A stretch of 64,000 nt of DNA, from NCBI GenBank assembly GCA_951406725.2, contig OX597833.1, positions 68,138,001-68,202,000 on the forward strand, in the 5' to 3' direction. Position 1 is the first letter of the stretch; each line of letters starts with the position of its first letter. Positions 26,958 to 40,326 of this stretch are shown here, piece after piece. Under the pieces are notes generated by a model. That model had not been told where the DNA came from. It made no database searches and was given only the letters and a program-made list of their open reading frames with translations. This stretch comes from Octopus vulgaris. Its lineage: Eukaryota. Position numbers and translations under genes: made by a program.

Positions 26958-27357
26958 CTATTTCGTTACTACCCACAAGGGGCTAAACATAGAGGGAACA
27001 AACAAGGGCAGACAAACGGATTAAGTCGATTACATCGACTCCAGTGCGTAAATGGTGCTTATTTAATCGACCCCGAAAGGATGAAAAGCAAAGTCGACCT
27101 CGGCAGAATTTGAACTCAGAACGAAACGGCAGACGAAATACCTATTTCTTTACTACCCTCAAGGGGCTAAACACAGAGGGGACAAACAAGGACAGACAAA
27201 CGGATTACGTCCATTATATCGACCCCACTGCGTAACTGGTACTTATTTAATCGACTCCGAAAGGATGAAAGGCAGAATCGACCTCGGCGGAATTTGAACT
27301 CAGAACGTAGCGGCAGACGAAATACGGCTACGCATTTCGCCCGGCGTGCTAAAGCTT
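26958..27357 (-). mobile_element. Two SINE B1 copies in direct tandem
   Basis: Copies 26958-27141 (5'-truncated) and 27141-27357, both reverse complements of 17113-17344. Confidence 0.88.
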
Positions 27358-27904
27358 CTATCTTTATTTTAACACAGTTTGTGATGTTATGTAGAATTGA
27401 CGCAACAGAAATCTAGGTGAGACGATAGAATGAAAATAACTGATTAGACAAATATTTTTTCGTAAAATAGCAAATTATGTGACAGCTAAATGTCTACCAA
27501 GTTAATTAATGTGCAGTAGATGTAAACAGAACTTTTTTTTGTTTTTTGCAGAAAAATTAAGAACGATAGAACTATAAACATTTACCATCTGTGATGGTCG
27601 AACAATAAATTTAAAATATACAGATCATCATCAAAAAAGCGAAAGAGGAAGATAGACTAGAAATAATTACCTGCGTTAGTCATTAGTAAATAATGTCTTC
27701 CTACGTATTTCTCTGCAACGTGATTTTAATACACACACACAGACACACACATGCACACACACACACGCACACACATATATATATTGGTTGCAAGTTTTCT
27801 CTACTTTTTCATATTTATCCAATAGTGTACAATTAGCTCTTCTAATTTCAGCTTATGAAATTTCATTGTTATTTTTTGCCAAAGCCGCTCCTGTTGAAAA
27901 GAGA

Positions 27905-28145
27905 GGAGGGTTGGCCTAATGAGTCATCCCTACTACCGATAGAGATGTCGGGATCTGGTAATTTAATACACGACACTCTGACATCAGAAATCCTAATACA
28001 CTTTATTATGAAATGGCTATGGTATGTAACAAGTATAGATCCGCCCTGATTTCCACACCATTGATTGTAGTGGTCTCAGCAGGGACGTAGGGAAAGAGGG
28101 CATACGAAGAAGAAATAATTGAGTGCAGTGAAAGAAAACTTTCCG
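27905..28145 (+). mobile_element. RTE-clade LINE ORF C-terminal relic
   Basis: Single frame with stops: TSEILIHFIMKWLWYVTSIDPP*FPHH*L*WSQQGRRERGHTKKK*LSAVKENF, resembling RTE 'RWLGHVxRMxxxRxPxxxLxWxPxGKRxRGRPKxxW'. Confidence 0.6.
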
Positions 28146-28519
28146 TGTGTGATAGCAAGAGCAGATTGGAACTTGGGGCCTGGCAGTTGAGGGCGATGAT
28201 AGAAAGGTTGATGGGGGGAAGATTTATATAGATGACATGAGAACAGGTACCGAGAATGCTGAAGTGAATTCATATGAGAATCTGCTAAAATGAATTGATA
28301 GGTCCACATATAACATCCTGTGGTACATCTTTTTCCTTTCTCTGACGAAATTATGCTCATGTCATATAAATGCAAATTTAATGGACAAATTTGTAATTAA
28401 ATTATTCAGTATTAACTGAAACGGCTGTAAGGAGCTTAGATGACCGTTTTGTTAATAATAAACAATTCTTAACTTCCTTATCGCCAATTTCTTTTCTAAT
28501 TATATGAATGTATGTATCG

Positions 28520-28709
28520 GTAAATGTAATATGTGACAATTATTCGGTGGCCATGATAGAACTCCGAGTTTCGGATGCCGAGGTGGAAAACCACGCCGCC
28601 ACCTCTTCAGTTATTCGGCCATTGGAAGATGCTATAAAAAATAACCGTTATACCTCGAAACTCGGAGTTTTATCTTGGCTACCGAATAGTTGTCACATAT
28701 TACATTTAC
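28520..28709 (-). mobile_element. Penelope-like pLTR relic: 54-bp inverted repeat enclosing a hammerhead fold
   Basis: Arms 28520-28573 / 28656-28709 match 50/54; minus-strand ATAA-CTGAAGA-long GC-rich stem II-GAAA-CTCGGAG-TT. Confidence 0.65.
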
Positions 28710-28796
28710 AGATAAATCTCTCTATTTACATAATATCGAGGTCTCTTTCTTTCTTTTGTCGTCTTACCATTTTTATCAGTATATATATATATATAA

Positions 28797-28887
<91 letters not shown>

Positions 28888-29843
28888 TTAACTGTCCGAA
28901 AATTCGAAGTCTCAGTCAAAAATTTGTTTATTTGGTAGTAATGAATTTGTACTCTACAAAAGTATAGTACAAAATTAAACGTGTGTATGCGAATATATAT
29001 ATATATATATACACATATATGTATACACTTTTGTACATAAATATATACGTATATATACATATTTGTGTGTGTATGTGTGTGAGTGGGTGTGAGAGTTAGA
29101 ATTTTCTCCTTATTGAACCGATGCTTGATCACGCACATCTGAAGGCCTTTCTTTTTTTTTCTTTTACCAAAGCTCTCTATAGAAATGATTAAGAAGCAAA
29201 CGGACACATACCTTCAAACGTATTAAGTATTCTTCAATTAGCGTAATCTAAGGAAAATATTTTCTTAGGCTGCTCCTTCTGAAATGCCGAACATGCAGGG
29301 CACTTGTTAAGAAGCACTGTTGTAAAGAGATCTTTATCGCTCACTGTAAATGAAAAGCTCTAATGATGTTATTAGAAGAGATTATGATAGTCGTATCGTT
29401 CAAAATTTCCTTCTCACTCTCATTAACTGGCTCTCCACTGGAATGTATCTACAAGAATTTGTAGCTGAGTGGAAGGAAATGATTGGCTGTTTAACTCCGG
29501 GGGATCTCTAACTATATGCTTATGTACAGAGATTATGTCGCTCTGACCATTTTACTGCAAAGGGCCAGATTATATGAAGTGGGTTTTTGGAGAAAAAAAT
29601 TGTGTATGGTTATGGAGAAATATTGTGGCAAGTTTTAATAGGGACGCCGACTATGCTCAGTCTCATTAAATACTAAAAAATGATAAAAAGAAACGAATCT
29701 ATATGATATATTACGCTATTTTGTGCTTTTATGATTAGAAATATGTAATCGCTGCTGTCCATAAAATATGTATTTATACCTAATATTCAGAAGTTGTGGA
29801 TTCAGTTCAAATTATCGAACGTTTCGGAACCTATCATCATTGA

Positions 29844-30094
29844 CCAATGTAAGAGAGAGCCTATCATGTCCTACCACAGTTCTCTATTCTTTGTTTTCTG
29901 CAACCGTCTCAATTCCTGATGTTTAATGCTTCTTCCTTCCAAACAATTCATCAGGCTTCACATTTACATCATCCTTCTAATTTCTTCACTTCTTTTTCCC
30001 CTGCATTCTTTCAGGGCATGGCTAAATTCTTCAGGTTCTTCTTCCTCATCACATGATTGAGAAAACTAATTTGCTTGGCTGTGATTACAACTGC
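29844..30094 (-). mobile_element. RTE (BovB-like) LINE ORF C-terminus relic
   Basis: Single frame: AKQISFLNHVMRKKNLKNLAMP*KECRGKRSEEIRRMM*M*SL...LQKTKNRELW*DMIGSLL, resembling RTE 'RQLxFLGHVMRKxxLENL..GKxxGKRSRGR..TKxRELWRxMI'. Confidence 0.75.
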
Positions 30095-30284
30095 AATTAC
30101 TTCACATAGCAGTTAGTTGTTCACATTTTACGACTGTATATTGTAGAAATCTCTATCTTTGAACTTTGCAATTACTTCGATATCAGAGCAAATGTTTCGG
30201 AATTTATAATTTTCAATTAAGATTCATGGAATGCTATAAATTATTGATGCGATAGGCATACACACACACACGGGGGGGATATGT

Positions 30285-30331
<47 letters not shown>

Positions 30332-30376
30332 TGTAGACACGCACATAAACTCGTATGCACAGAAACACTCACACAC

Positions 30377-30535
30377 GAGTGTGTGGTAAGAAGTTAGTAT
30401 CTCAACTACATCTTTATCAGGGTTCAGTCCCACTCTGTAGCAGCTTGGGCAAGTGTGTTCTCCTATACCCTTGGGCCGACCAAAGCCTTGTGAGTGAATT
30501 TGCTAGACAGAAACTGAAAGAAGCACGTCGTGTGT
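30377..30535 (+). mobile_element. SINE A 5' half
   Basis: Head and body up to the internal microsatellite; 3' half absent. Confidence 0.8.
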
Positions 30536-31810
30536 ATATATATATATATATATATAAATAAAATTTTTATCGTTAGATCAGAATCCCAGTATGCTATTTG
30601 TAAAATTGTATTTCGATAAAACGCCTTTGATTAACTGTGTTGAAGCTGCATCCGACCTTAGGTATTTAGGTCCACATGACCAATTGCATATTAGGGAAAG
30701 ATGGGCCCTCTCATAACTACTCACTATTTATATCTGGAAGGAATGTGATTTGAAAATGCAAAATATGTCCCCTAATTGTATTCCAATTCTTAAAATCTAT
30801 CGACCTCGACTGTTGCTTTATTCATAGACCCAGGCACATAATTAAGTCGGACATAATTCATTAGAGACAATATCCAATTCAGAGAGCCCAGAAACGTGAA
30901 AATAGCACAATCTCACTTCCTCTCAAACGGTTTAGCAACTTTGCGAATTAGCTTTCTATGATTCTGTCTTCTGACATGTTTAATAGCTTCTTAGATTGTC
31001 ACATACGAGTGCTATATGTGATATGAATATTTAACGAATGAATTGTCTCTTGAGCCGACATCCAGAGCTTGAATTATGTTTGGGTATCAATTTTGTGATT
31101 AATGAACGTCCAAATTATCGCTTATTGAACTTGAGATCATCGCCTAAACAAACAAAATAAATTTCTGGCATGTATTGAATGCGGCCGTGTAGAGTTTAGG
31201 ACATTTCTGTCTTTACGTCAATATCAATAAGATTTCAAAATTGGCAGAAAGTTTAACCGTTTACAAGCGAAACACGATCGTCAAAATTGTTCTTACACCT
31301 TGTAAATTATTTATGACTTATAAACAATGAGACATCAGGTAACAACCGGCGCCTTCGTGGAATGTCATAATAAGTTGTAGAAAAGCCGTAACACATTACC
31401 ACAAAGTGCTTATGGTTTTGTTCCGACTATTCTTGGTTGGTAATTGTTGTCTATTACTTCAATTAAATTACAGTGTCTGGCTTTTAGCAATCTTTTGGCT
31501 TTTAATGTTCTCCTCTAAGTTGAATGTGTTCTAATCATGGTTACGAGGACAAAATTGTAATATATTCCTCGCCTCATGTCAGAAACCTGTTGATAACTAT
31601 CAGGTGGTCATACACACACACACACATGACTTTGTGTGCTTTTTTTTTACAAATCACAATCTGTCAAGTTCTGCTTTGGTCGCACGCAAGGAAGCCACGG
31701 ATAAAGGAAGACTACCCAATGTCTCAATCTATCCAGTATGGCCGAGACCCCTATGAGCCATTTCCTGACGAAATGAACTGTTTCCTCACACATCCACGCT
31801 TCTATAATTA

Positions 31811-32426
31811 CAGCAATCCCTCGACTATCGCGGATGTTACGTTCCACCCCCTCATCTCCAGCGATATGCAAAAATCCACAAAGTAGAAACAGTAATGTAC
31901 TGTATATCTTTTTCAAATTATTTTTATAATTTACTAGCAGTATCTCCCGGCGTTGCTCGGGTTTGTAAGAGAAATAACTATATAAGCATTTTTAGAGAGT
32001 TATAGTAAAAAAATAGCGAAAAATGCATTAAAAATGGAAAAAAAATGATGGTAACTTTTTAAAAAATTCGTTGACTCATCGTAGACATTTTTAGAGAGTT
32101 ACTTCCCTTATATAATAGCGAAGAAATGCATTAAAATGGAAAAAAATGATGGTAATTTTTTAAAAAAATCGTAGACTCATCGTAGACGCGCGCTAATACC
32201 TAGAAGGGCTAGATATGAATCACGACTATAAGATACCCGCTTTTGGTTAAACTGCACCGCAAAATGTGGGAGTAGTTAGGAATCTAAATCGTAGGAGACA
32301 GACAGCACACAACCTTACTTTTATATATAAAGATTTATATTTATTTTATTATAAATGCAAAAGAGCACTCAGGGATGAATCAACATAAGCTTAAACGATA
32401 AACCGCGATATGGCTAGGAATTACTG
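31811..32426. mobile_element. Tigger/pogo-like MITE (about 216 bp) interrupted by a Helitron
   Basis: TA|CAGCAATCCCTCGACTATCGCGG ... CCGCGATATGGCTAGGAATTACTG|TA: imperfect 23-24 bp TIRs with TA TSD. Confidence 0.75.
31934..32333 (-). mobile_element. Non-autonomous Helitron family 1
   Basis: A|TC...hairpin CCCGAGCAACGCCGGG...CTAG|T; collinear with 6575-6968. Confidence 0.88.
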
Positions 32427-32947
32427 TATATTTATTAAACGTATACACTTTTGACAACCACGAGTGGCTTTTCAACCAATGGTGTAATTTTCGCCATTAT
32501 AAATAATTATCTGATATATTAGGAATTCTTTCTACAACCGTTAGTGAATACTTGGTAAATATCATAGGCTTTCGGAAAAGTCAACAACGAATCCTTAGAA
32601 ACACAAGTATTTGGATAAGATTGCGCGTAACGAAATTAGCTGCTTTAATTGTTCACCCACACCCACCCACACACACACACGCACGCGCGCGTGCGTATTG
32701 ATGATGTGTATATATGCACGGACGTATAAATAGAGTATATGAGTCACATTTAACGAGAAGTTCGCAATTTCAGATAATCGTACTTGGAAAAATTCGTTTC
32801 GTATTTTACCATTACGAAACATGATACTTTTTTTTTATTTAATTTTGTTCGACGCATTAAGCATAATCGGTACATAGTGCATATATATGCATTCATTTGT
32901 GTTTTGTGTATTTGAGCTTGTCTACACACACACACTCTCACACACAC

Positions 32948-32992
32948 ATAACTGAAGATGAGAGTGGAGATTTATTCACATCGAAAATGTTT
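32948..32992 (+). ncRNA. Hammerhead-like fold, degenerate stems I/III
   Basis: ATAA-CTGAAGA-T-GAGAGTGGA(GATTTA)TTCACATC-GAAA-ATGTT; same ATAACTGAAGA start as the 28614 motif. Confidence 0.4.
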
Positions 32993-33060
32993 TTAAATAT
33001 ACCTTTTTACAGCATATTTAACAATGACCAACATATATATGTTTCCCACATATTTTCAAC

Positions 33061-33064
33061 TCTA

Positions 33065-33149
<85 letters not shown>

Positions 33150-33226
33150 GTCTGTCTGTCTGTCTGTCTGTCTATATCTATCTATATCTACCTATATCTC
33201 TCTATCTATCTCTCTATCGATATATA

Positions 33227-33271
<45 letters not shown>

Positions 33272-33290
33272 ATATATATGTATGTATATA
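33061..33290. repeat. (TCTA)n/(TCTG)n/(TA)n compound microsatellite
   Basis: Direct inspection. Confidence 0.9.
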
Positions 33291-33488
33291 AGCCAGCTTT
33301 GGTACTATACGTGTACCGTTGGCGATTTCTTTGCCATCTTTTGACTTTTCCATTTCCCCTTTCCGATGAGGAGCAATACTCGAAACGTTAAACTCTCTCC
33401 TTCCACCGAGCGTCAAGCTAATACTTTTTTTGTTCACGTCCTCACGGTCGGCTTTTTGTTTAATTTTCATTCGTTTATTTTAATTGAC
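33291..33488 (+). mobile_element. (TA)n-embedded hammerhead-bearing element, subfamily D2
   Basis: Fold TTT-CCGATGA-G-GAG(CAATA)CTC-GAAA-CG-TT-AAA at 33360-33392; homologous to 36938-37136. Confidence 0.75.
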
Positions 33489-34461
33489 TATATATATATA
33501 TATATATATATTTATATAGGTAGGTAGATAGACAGATCGCTAGATATAGATATGATATACTTTTACGTGTGACCTATGGTAGTTTTCATGTTCGGAGTGT
33601 ACTGTAATTGCATGGCATTCTATAGTCTGCTGTGTGTTTTTCTACACAAAATATATGTGTGTATACGCTGAGTGAATGATTCTCTTTAATGTGATAGGAC
33701 TTCAAATAAGGGAACATTCAACCGTTACTTTTAGGAAAGAACCGACCACTTCACTGCAATATAATTTCGGTGATAAGGGGAGGAAATCTTCGCTTTCATT
33801 GTTGATGTACGTGTCTGGATGGCGAGAACAGTTCGTACCTGTCCCGGCAAATCTGGTTCAGTTAAGATCTGTAATTTTCTACTAACTTACAGTTGATGTA
33901 CTGCACTTTGTGGCGTTAGCTATCGTAGGACAATTTGTGGCATTAGTTATGAGGGTGTCATCAATGTAGTGACAACACGTATTTACAACATTTTCAAAGA
34001 TGACTCAAGATTATTTTTATTCATTTTTATGTATATATTTGCATGTAGGTAATTACAATGCTTACCAGATTAGCAGAAAGAACGAAGGAAAGACACTGTA
34101 TTATACAATAAAGTAGACGGATAGATAAATCAATAGACAGAGAAGTAGGCTAGGAGACCGATAGATATATAGATTGGTAGCTAATTCAGTTTAAGCTTGA
34201 GTAAATACGACCGTTATTTGAGAAGGTAATTGAAGAAAACAAACGTATTTCTTCGTTGATTTGTTACATCTAAAAAAGAATCGCACACACACATGTGTAA
34301 TATATATAATTATACATATATAAACACAGACTCACATATATATATATACATGCTTACACACACACACACACTCATATATATACATACATATATATATATA
34401 TGTATACATATATACATATATATAGATATATAGATAGATAGATAGATAGATACATACATGC

Positions 34462-34496
<35 letters not shown>

Positions 34497-35275
34497 TAGC
34501 TAGATAGATAGATACATACATACATTTATATATATGTATATATACATTTATGAACACACACGCATGTGTCCGTGTGTGTCTGTGTGTGTAGAGGGCGCAA
34601 TTTCTTTATTGAAATATAGCGATCATAGCTTCACGGAGTCTTCCCTTGGAACACGTTTTACACGCTCACGTTCAAATCCGTTCCTTGTGTCATCCATTAG
34701 CTTTTAAAGTATATTAACGTTGCTGCGCTCGCTAGCTTATATATTTCCATTGATCGGCCATATTCTATGCAAACATTCGAGTCTCGGTAGACTGTGTTGT
34801 GCAAGCAGAGTGTATTTTGTAGGCCGCTGTCTCCGTATATAATCATTCTATATGCAATCATCAGACACACACTCGTATTCTCTTCGTCTCAATGTACACC
34901 TCTCTCTCTCTCTCCTTCTCATACACACACAGGCCAACACACGCGCAGCCATTTTTATGTTTCATTTCGTATTTTCCAGACTCTATTATTTACAGAGTTC
35001 ACCTTCTCCGTATTGCTTTCAATTTTCTTCTTCTTCTCTTACAATACAGAATTTATAAACCATTTGCCGCTGTGATTCAACGACGGAACAGTAAATATTT
35101 AAACTGTATGACATACTCATTCAGTCTCTCATTACTGCTGTGACACTCGCCCATAATAGAAAAATATAACACAATTAGTTTTGGAATATTACATTGTCTG
35201 ACTTCTTGTTCAACCTTATCTGATTGTCACACTGTGTTTGAAATACAAGCATATATATCTGTATGTATATATATA

Positions 35276-35310
<35 letters not shown>

Positions 35311-35319
<9 letters not shown>

Positions 35320-35389
35320 TGATTACAAACATATATAAGAACATAAGCATATCTATACTTGCATACATACATTCATAGAAGCATATACA

Positions 35390-35434
<45 letters not shown>

Positions 35435-35455
35435 TATATTTATTATATCTATACT

Positions 35456-35501
<46 letters not shown>

Positions 35502-35578
35502 TATGTTTGACTACAAACATATATAAGAACATAAGCATATCTATACGTGCATACGTACATTCATAGAAGCATATATAC

Positions 35579-35580
<2 letters not shown>
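35311..35580. repeat. About 85-bp direct repeat within TA tracts
   Basis: ATATGTTTGA(T/C)TACAAACATATATAAGAACATAAGCATATCTATAC...CATTCATAGAAGCATATA at ~35312 and ~35501. Confidence 0.8.
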
Positions 35581-35610
<30 letters not shown>

Positions 35611-35929
35611 TTATTTATTTATTTATTTATTTATTTATTATGTAGCTGTCACTAAGTTTATATGATTATCCATGTACGTTTTGTTTGCTATCACCCCTCC
35701 AACTTACGTTTCTTCAATGCGAACTACGCACAACTAGCATAAACCTATTCTAATCATTATTTTGGAATAACTAGTTTTCTACACCAATCTAATATATCTA
35801 CTTTTGTATATTACTTTCTCGGGTAGAATTACATATTATCTTTAACAGGGAAATATACATAATCACAAACACGCACACATACTGTATATAAATATACATA
35901 CACAGACATACACATACATACATACATAC

Positions 35930-35986
<57 letters not shown>

Positions 35987-36057
35987 GTAAAAATTGCATA
36001 TATTGCAAAAAATTGCAAAAAATATGTTATGTAAACACAAACATACACATACATACA

Positions 36058-36109
<52 letters not shown>

Positions 36110-36182
36110 TACATAAATACGTACATATATATATATATATTTACATAAATACATACATATATATATATATATATTTACATAA

Positions 36183-36229
<47 letters not shown>

Positions 36230-36558
36230 GTAAAAATTGCTATTTCGAATGAGATAGCACAAGAGTTAACGAATGCTTACACTTCCCTGCAAATATATAT
36301 AAATCTAACTTTCGATTAAGTATCATTCACAATTCGTCGTCCGATTTTATTTTCGCATTGTATACTTTATAAGCGAAGATATGAATATTTGGGAAGAATC
36401 ATCCTTCCCAACCACACTGTGCCACGATCGATCCCACTTCATGGCAACCTGGGGGATTCCCGCGTTGCTGCAGTATTTGGAGTCCGGGCTGGAATTTGTT
36501 TTGTGTAAACGAGTCGAAGGCCTTCTGCGATTTGCTCTGGATCTCGGCAACGGTGTTA

Positions 36559-36741
36559 AGCGAAATGCTTAGCGGTATTTCGTCTGTCTTTATGTTCTGA
36601 GTTCAAATTCCGCCATGATCGACTTTGCATTTCATCCTTTCGGAGTCGATAAATTAAATAGCAGTTGCGTACTGGGGTCGATCTAATTGACTGGCCCCTT
36701 CCCCCAAAATTTCGAGCCAGGTGCCTAGAGTAAAAGAGAAT
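36559..36741 (+). mobile_element. SINE B with alternative tail B2, 5'-truncated
   Basis: Same body as 17113 copy up to CTGGGGTCGAT, then GGCCCCTTCCCCCAAAATTTCGAGCCAGGTGCCTAGAGTAAAAGAG. Confidence 0.85.
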
Positions 36742-36864
36742 GTTGAATTAAGCTGCAATTTTCTGTTAAGTTCTGTCGTCGTAAGTTTGTTATGCAATCA
36801 TCTACGGAAAGACTACTGCACAATATAATGATGCATGCTAGTGAAATGTGTTTAATATATAAAC

Positions 36865-36937
<73 letters not shown>

Positions 36938-36939
<2 letters not shown>

Positions 36940-37132
36940 CAAAATGTGACCTTGTGTGTACCATTGGCGATTTTTTTCCTCTGTCTTCCCTTCTCTGGAT
37001 CTTTCCTTCTCCTGTTTCCGACGAAGAGCTCAGCTCGAAACGTTAAACCCTTCTTCTTTCCTTCTTTCCTGAGCGTCCAGTTATACTATGTTTGTTCCAT
37101 GTCCTCGCGTTATTGTGTTTACTTGTTTGGAT

Positions 37133-37136
<4 letters not shown>
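36938..37136 (+). mobile_element. (TA)n-embedded hammerhead-bearing element, subfamily D2
   Basis: Fold GTTT-CCGACGA-A-GAGC(TCA)GCTC-GAAA-CG-TT-AAAC at 37014-37048; (TA)n on both sides. Confidence 0.8.
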
Positions 37137-37191
<55 letters not shown>

Positions 37192-37370
37192 TGTACATTA
37201 AACGCATGAGGAATCCACTCCTGGGATTCAAAACGCTAGAAAAAACAGCTAGGCTCTATAACCACAAAATTAGGGATAAAATTGGACAGGAGCGAAATGA
37301 AAAATAAAAACATTTTACAATCTAGTTTCCTGGAATGGACTAAATTTTTACACGTTAGACCTCTGATACG

Positions 37371-37419
<49 letters not shown>

Positions 37420-38635
37420 TACATATTGTCTTGATATTGCATGGACCGTTGTCAGACACTTGGGTATTTATAATAAAGTGTTAAAACTTAGGGTATGCAA
37501 ATTAGTATTCCCTCGTCTCTCTAGTTACTGTAATTGTTAAGTATATAAATAGATTGGCATCTTGTTACTCTGAGTCTCGTGAAACTAAAGCAGCCCCCTC
37601 TGATGTGAATGCAATAAGATATAGACATCACTTAAGGATGTTTATAACAGTTTTCAATCTAAGGAGGAACATCTAAATTAGCCCTGTTTATAAAGATACT
37701 ATATGCGTTACATATATACTGATATTAATACTACAGAAAGAAGTTAGCGAAACGGTTGTAACATTACGCAAGTCACGTAGTTAAATAAGCATATCATCAC
37801 ATATGCATCATGAGTATATGGTTTTGTAAACTCCTCGTGAAATAATTTCAACGATCCGAATTTCTGGGTTTTCACTTTCATGGACAAACTGCATTACATT
37901 CTATATTCATGTATGTATGTAATGTAGTAGTATAAGATGTAGACGCAAAGAAACTTGCGGCAATCACAGACGCTCCTCTTATGGACTCGGATAGAGTCCA
38001 CGATGTTATCATTTGCAATGGATGTATAACTGTGTGTGTCAGTGTGTGCATGCGACTAATTTTTGTATCTCTTAAAGAAATGTGTCATCTCGTTAGCAAT
38101 GTTAGTTATTTCGGTACCTCAATTCGTAACCGTGAAACAATATTTTCCTGAAGGCCTCTATGGCAATTTGAGTCTTCTGCCAGACATTTTTTGCATAAAT
38201 TTGAATACCACATAGAAGATGTTATCAAATTCAGTAACAGGGAACGGCTCTGTTCAAGCTTATGCAGTTGACGCATTTTCCATTCTGTTTTTAAATAAAT
38301 TCCCATTAATTTGTTTCTTTCTACACTCATTTGGATTTACGGAATCCAGTATTATCAGCGGACGTAATTACTTTTCTGTCAATCAGATGTCATAACTCGG
38401 TTATCTGTCCCTAGATCTAAAAATCTGTCACGCTGCTCATAATATTTCAACAAACATTCCCTGTTCTGCGCACAGTTACTTGGGACGAGGAGATTGTATT
38501 TCTTGCTTGCGTGGTTTACATTAAATACCAATATTTACAGGTTCTGTTTGTGTGCAGCACTTTTGACTTGTGAGTTTAACGTGTTGGCTAACTTACGCTC
38601 AACTATCCCCAGTGTTCTGCGTGTGTGTGCGTGTT

Positions 38636-38680
<45 letters not shown>

Positions 38681-38682
<2 letters not shown>

Positions 38683-39056
38683 TCTCTTACTTGTTTCAGT
38701 CATTTGACTGTGGCCATGATGGAGCTAGGACTTATTCTTTGTAAGCCTAGTACTTTTTCTGTCGATCTCTTTTACCGAACCGCTAACTTACGGGGACCTA
38801 AACACATCGGTTGTCAAGCGATGTTGGTAGGACAAACACAGACACAAAAAACACATACACACACCTACACATAGATATATATATACATATATACCACGGG
38901 CTTCTTTCAGTTTCCGTCTACCGAATCCACTCACAATGCTTTGGTTGGCCGGAGGCTATAGTAGAAGACGCTTGCCTAAGGTGCCACGCAGTGGGACTAA
39001 ACCTGGAACCATGTGGTTCGTAAGCAAGCTACTTACCACACAGCCACTCTTATGCC
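38681..39056 (-). mobile_element. SINE family A
   Basis: Reverse complement collinear with SINE A, small 3' deletion. Confidence 0.9.
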
Positions 39057-39744
39057 TATATATATATATATTTCCTGTACACAAATGACTGCAGTCCAAT
39101 AACGGAATCATATAAAGGATAAAAGATTCGTGTGGAGGTGTTTTCGCTTCTGTTCGAGTAGTCAGTGTGTGGGCGTGTGTAATTTAAGTGTCTTTAGTCA
39201 GGAAATGCGACAAAATATAAACAAACAATAAACAATTTAACATAGGTAGAACAACTTTGAATTCATACCAAATACATAAAAGCCGCTTCTATTCAATGCA
39301 ACAGGAATTGGAGAGTAAAATATCCATCATTATTACAAAATAATGAGATATTCCAATGTATAATTTTTAAGAGATGAAGGAGGATAAAAAGCAACCGGGA
39401 TTTAAAGCCTCGCTTTGGAGTACAATTTGAAAGCCATACATTAGCTAGAGATGTTTTTTTTTTTTATTTATTATTCGCCATTTTGTATTCCAAAGGGGAA
39501 CATTTCCATTACACTTTTAATTGCGAAGATTCATTTTCCTGCTAAATATACATCGACATCTATGCGTGCGTACATGCGTGACTACGCAAGTGAATTTGTA
39601 TATATATAAATACATACATATATACACATGTGTGTTTGTTTGTATGTATGTCTGTGTATACGTACTCGTACTTATATAAATACAAACACAAACAAGAAAG
39701 CATATACATGTGCGTCTGTATGTGTGTGCGTATACACACGCACA

Positions 39745-39932
39745 CACATATATATACATATCTATATAAATATATATATATATTTATACATACATACATA
39801 TATATACATATATATACATATATATATATACATATACATATATATATACATATATATACATATACATATATATACATATACATATATATACATATGTATA
39901 TATATATATATATATATACACATATATATATA

Positions 39933-39987
<55 letters not shown>

Positions 39988-40044
39988 CATACATACATAT
40001 ATATATATATACATACATACACATATATATATATATATATACAT

Positions 40045-40083
<39 letters not shown>

Positions 40084-40116
40084 TATAAATATACATATAT
40101 ATATACATATATATAT

Positions 40117-40185
<69 letters not shown>

Positions 40186-40190
40186 TATAT
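39745..40190. repeat. Long (TA)n/(TACA)n microsatellite
   Basis: Direct inspection. Confidence 0.9.
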
Positions 40191-40283
40191 TCCAGCAACT
40201 TACCAGGCAAGGTTTTTCCTGTATGTCGAATATATTCATGTAATTTTTTACGTACCACATTGGAGTGTTGTTATTCTTGTCGT

Positions 40284-40326
<43 letters not shown>

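Noticed and set aside
29380-29510. YDSRIVQNF..INWLSTG..VAEWK as a Tc1 catalytic-motif relic
   Set aside because: Resemblance to WPxxSPDLNPIE is too weak to support by eye.
29815-29845. Minus-strand ATGATGA-TAGG-TT-CC-GAAACGTT hammerhead-like string
   Set aside because: Stem II has a 2-nt loop, no stem I, and it coincides with the RTE relic's tail.
33880-33892. Perfect TACTAAC branch point followed by TTACAG
   Set aside because: Branch point only ~7 nt from AG with no pyrimidine tract and no downstream donor.
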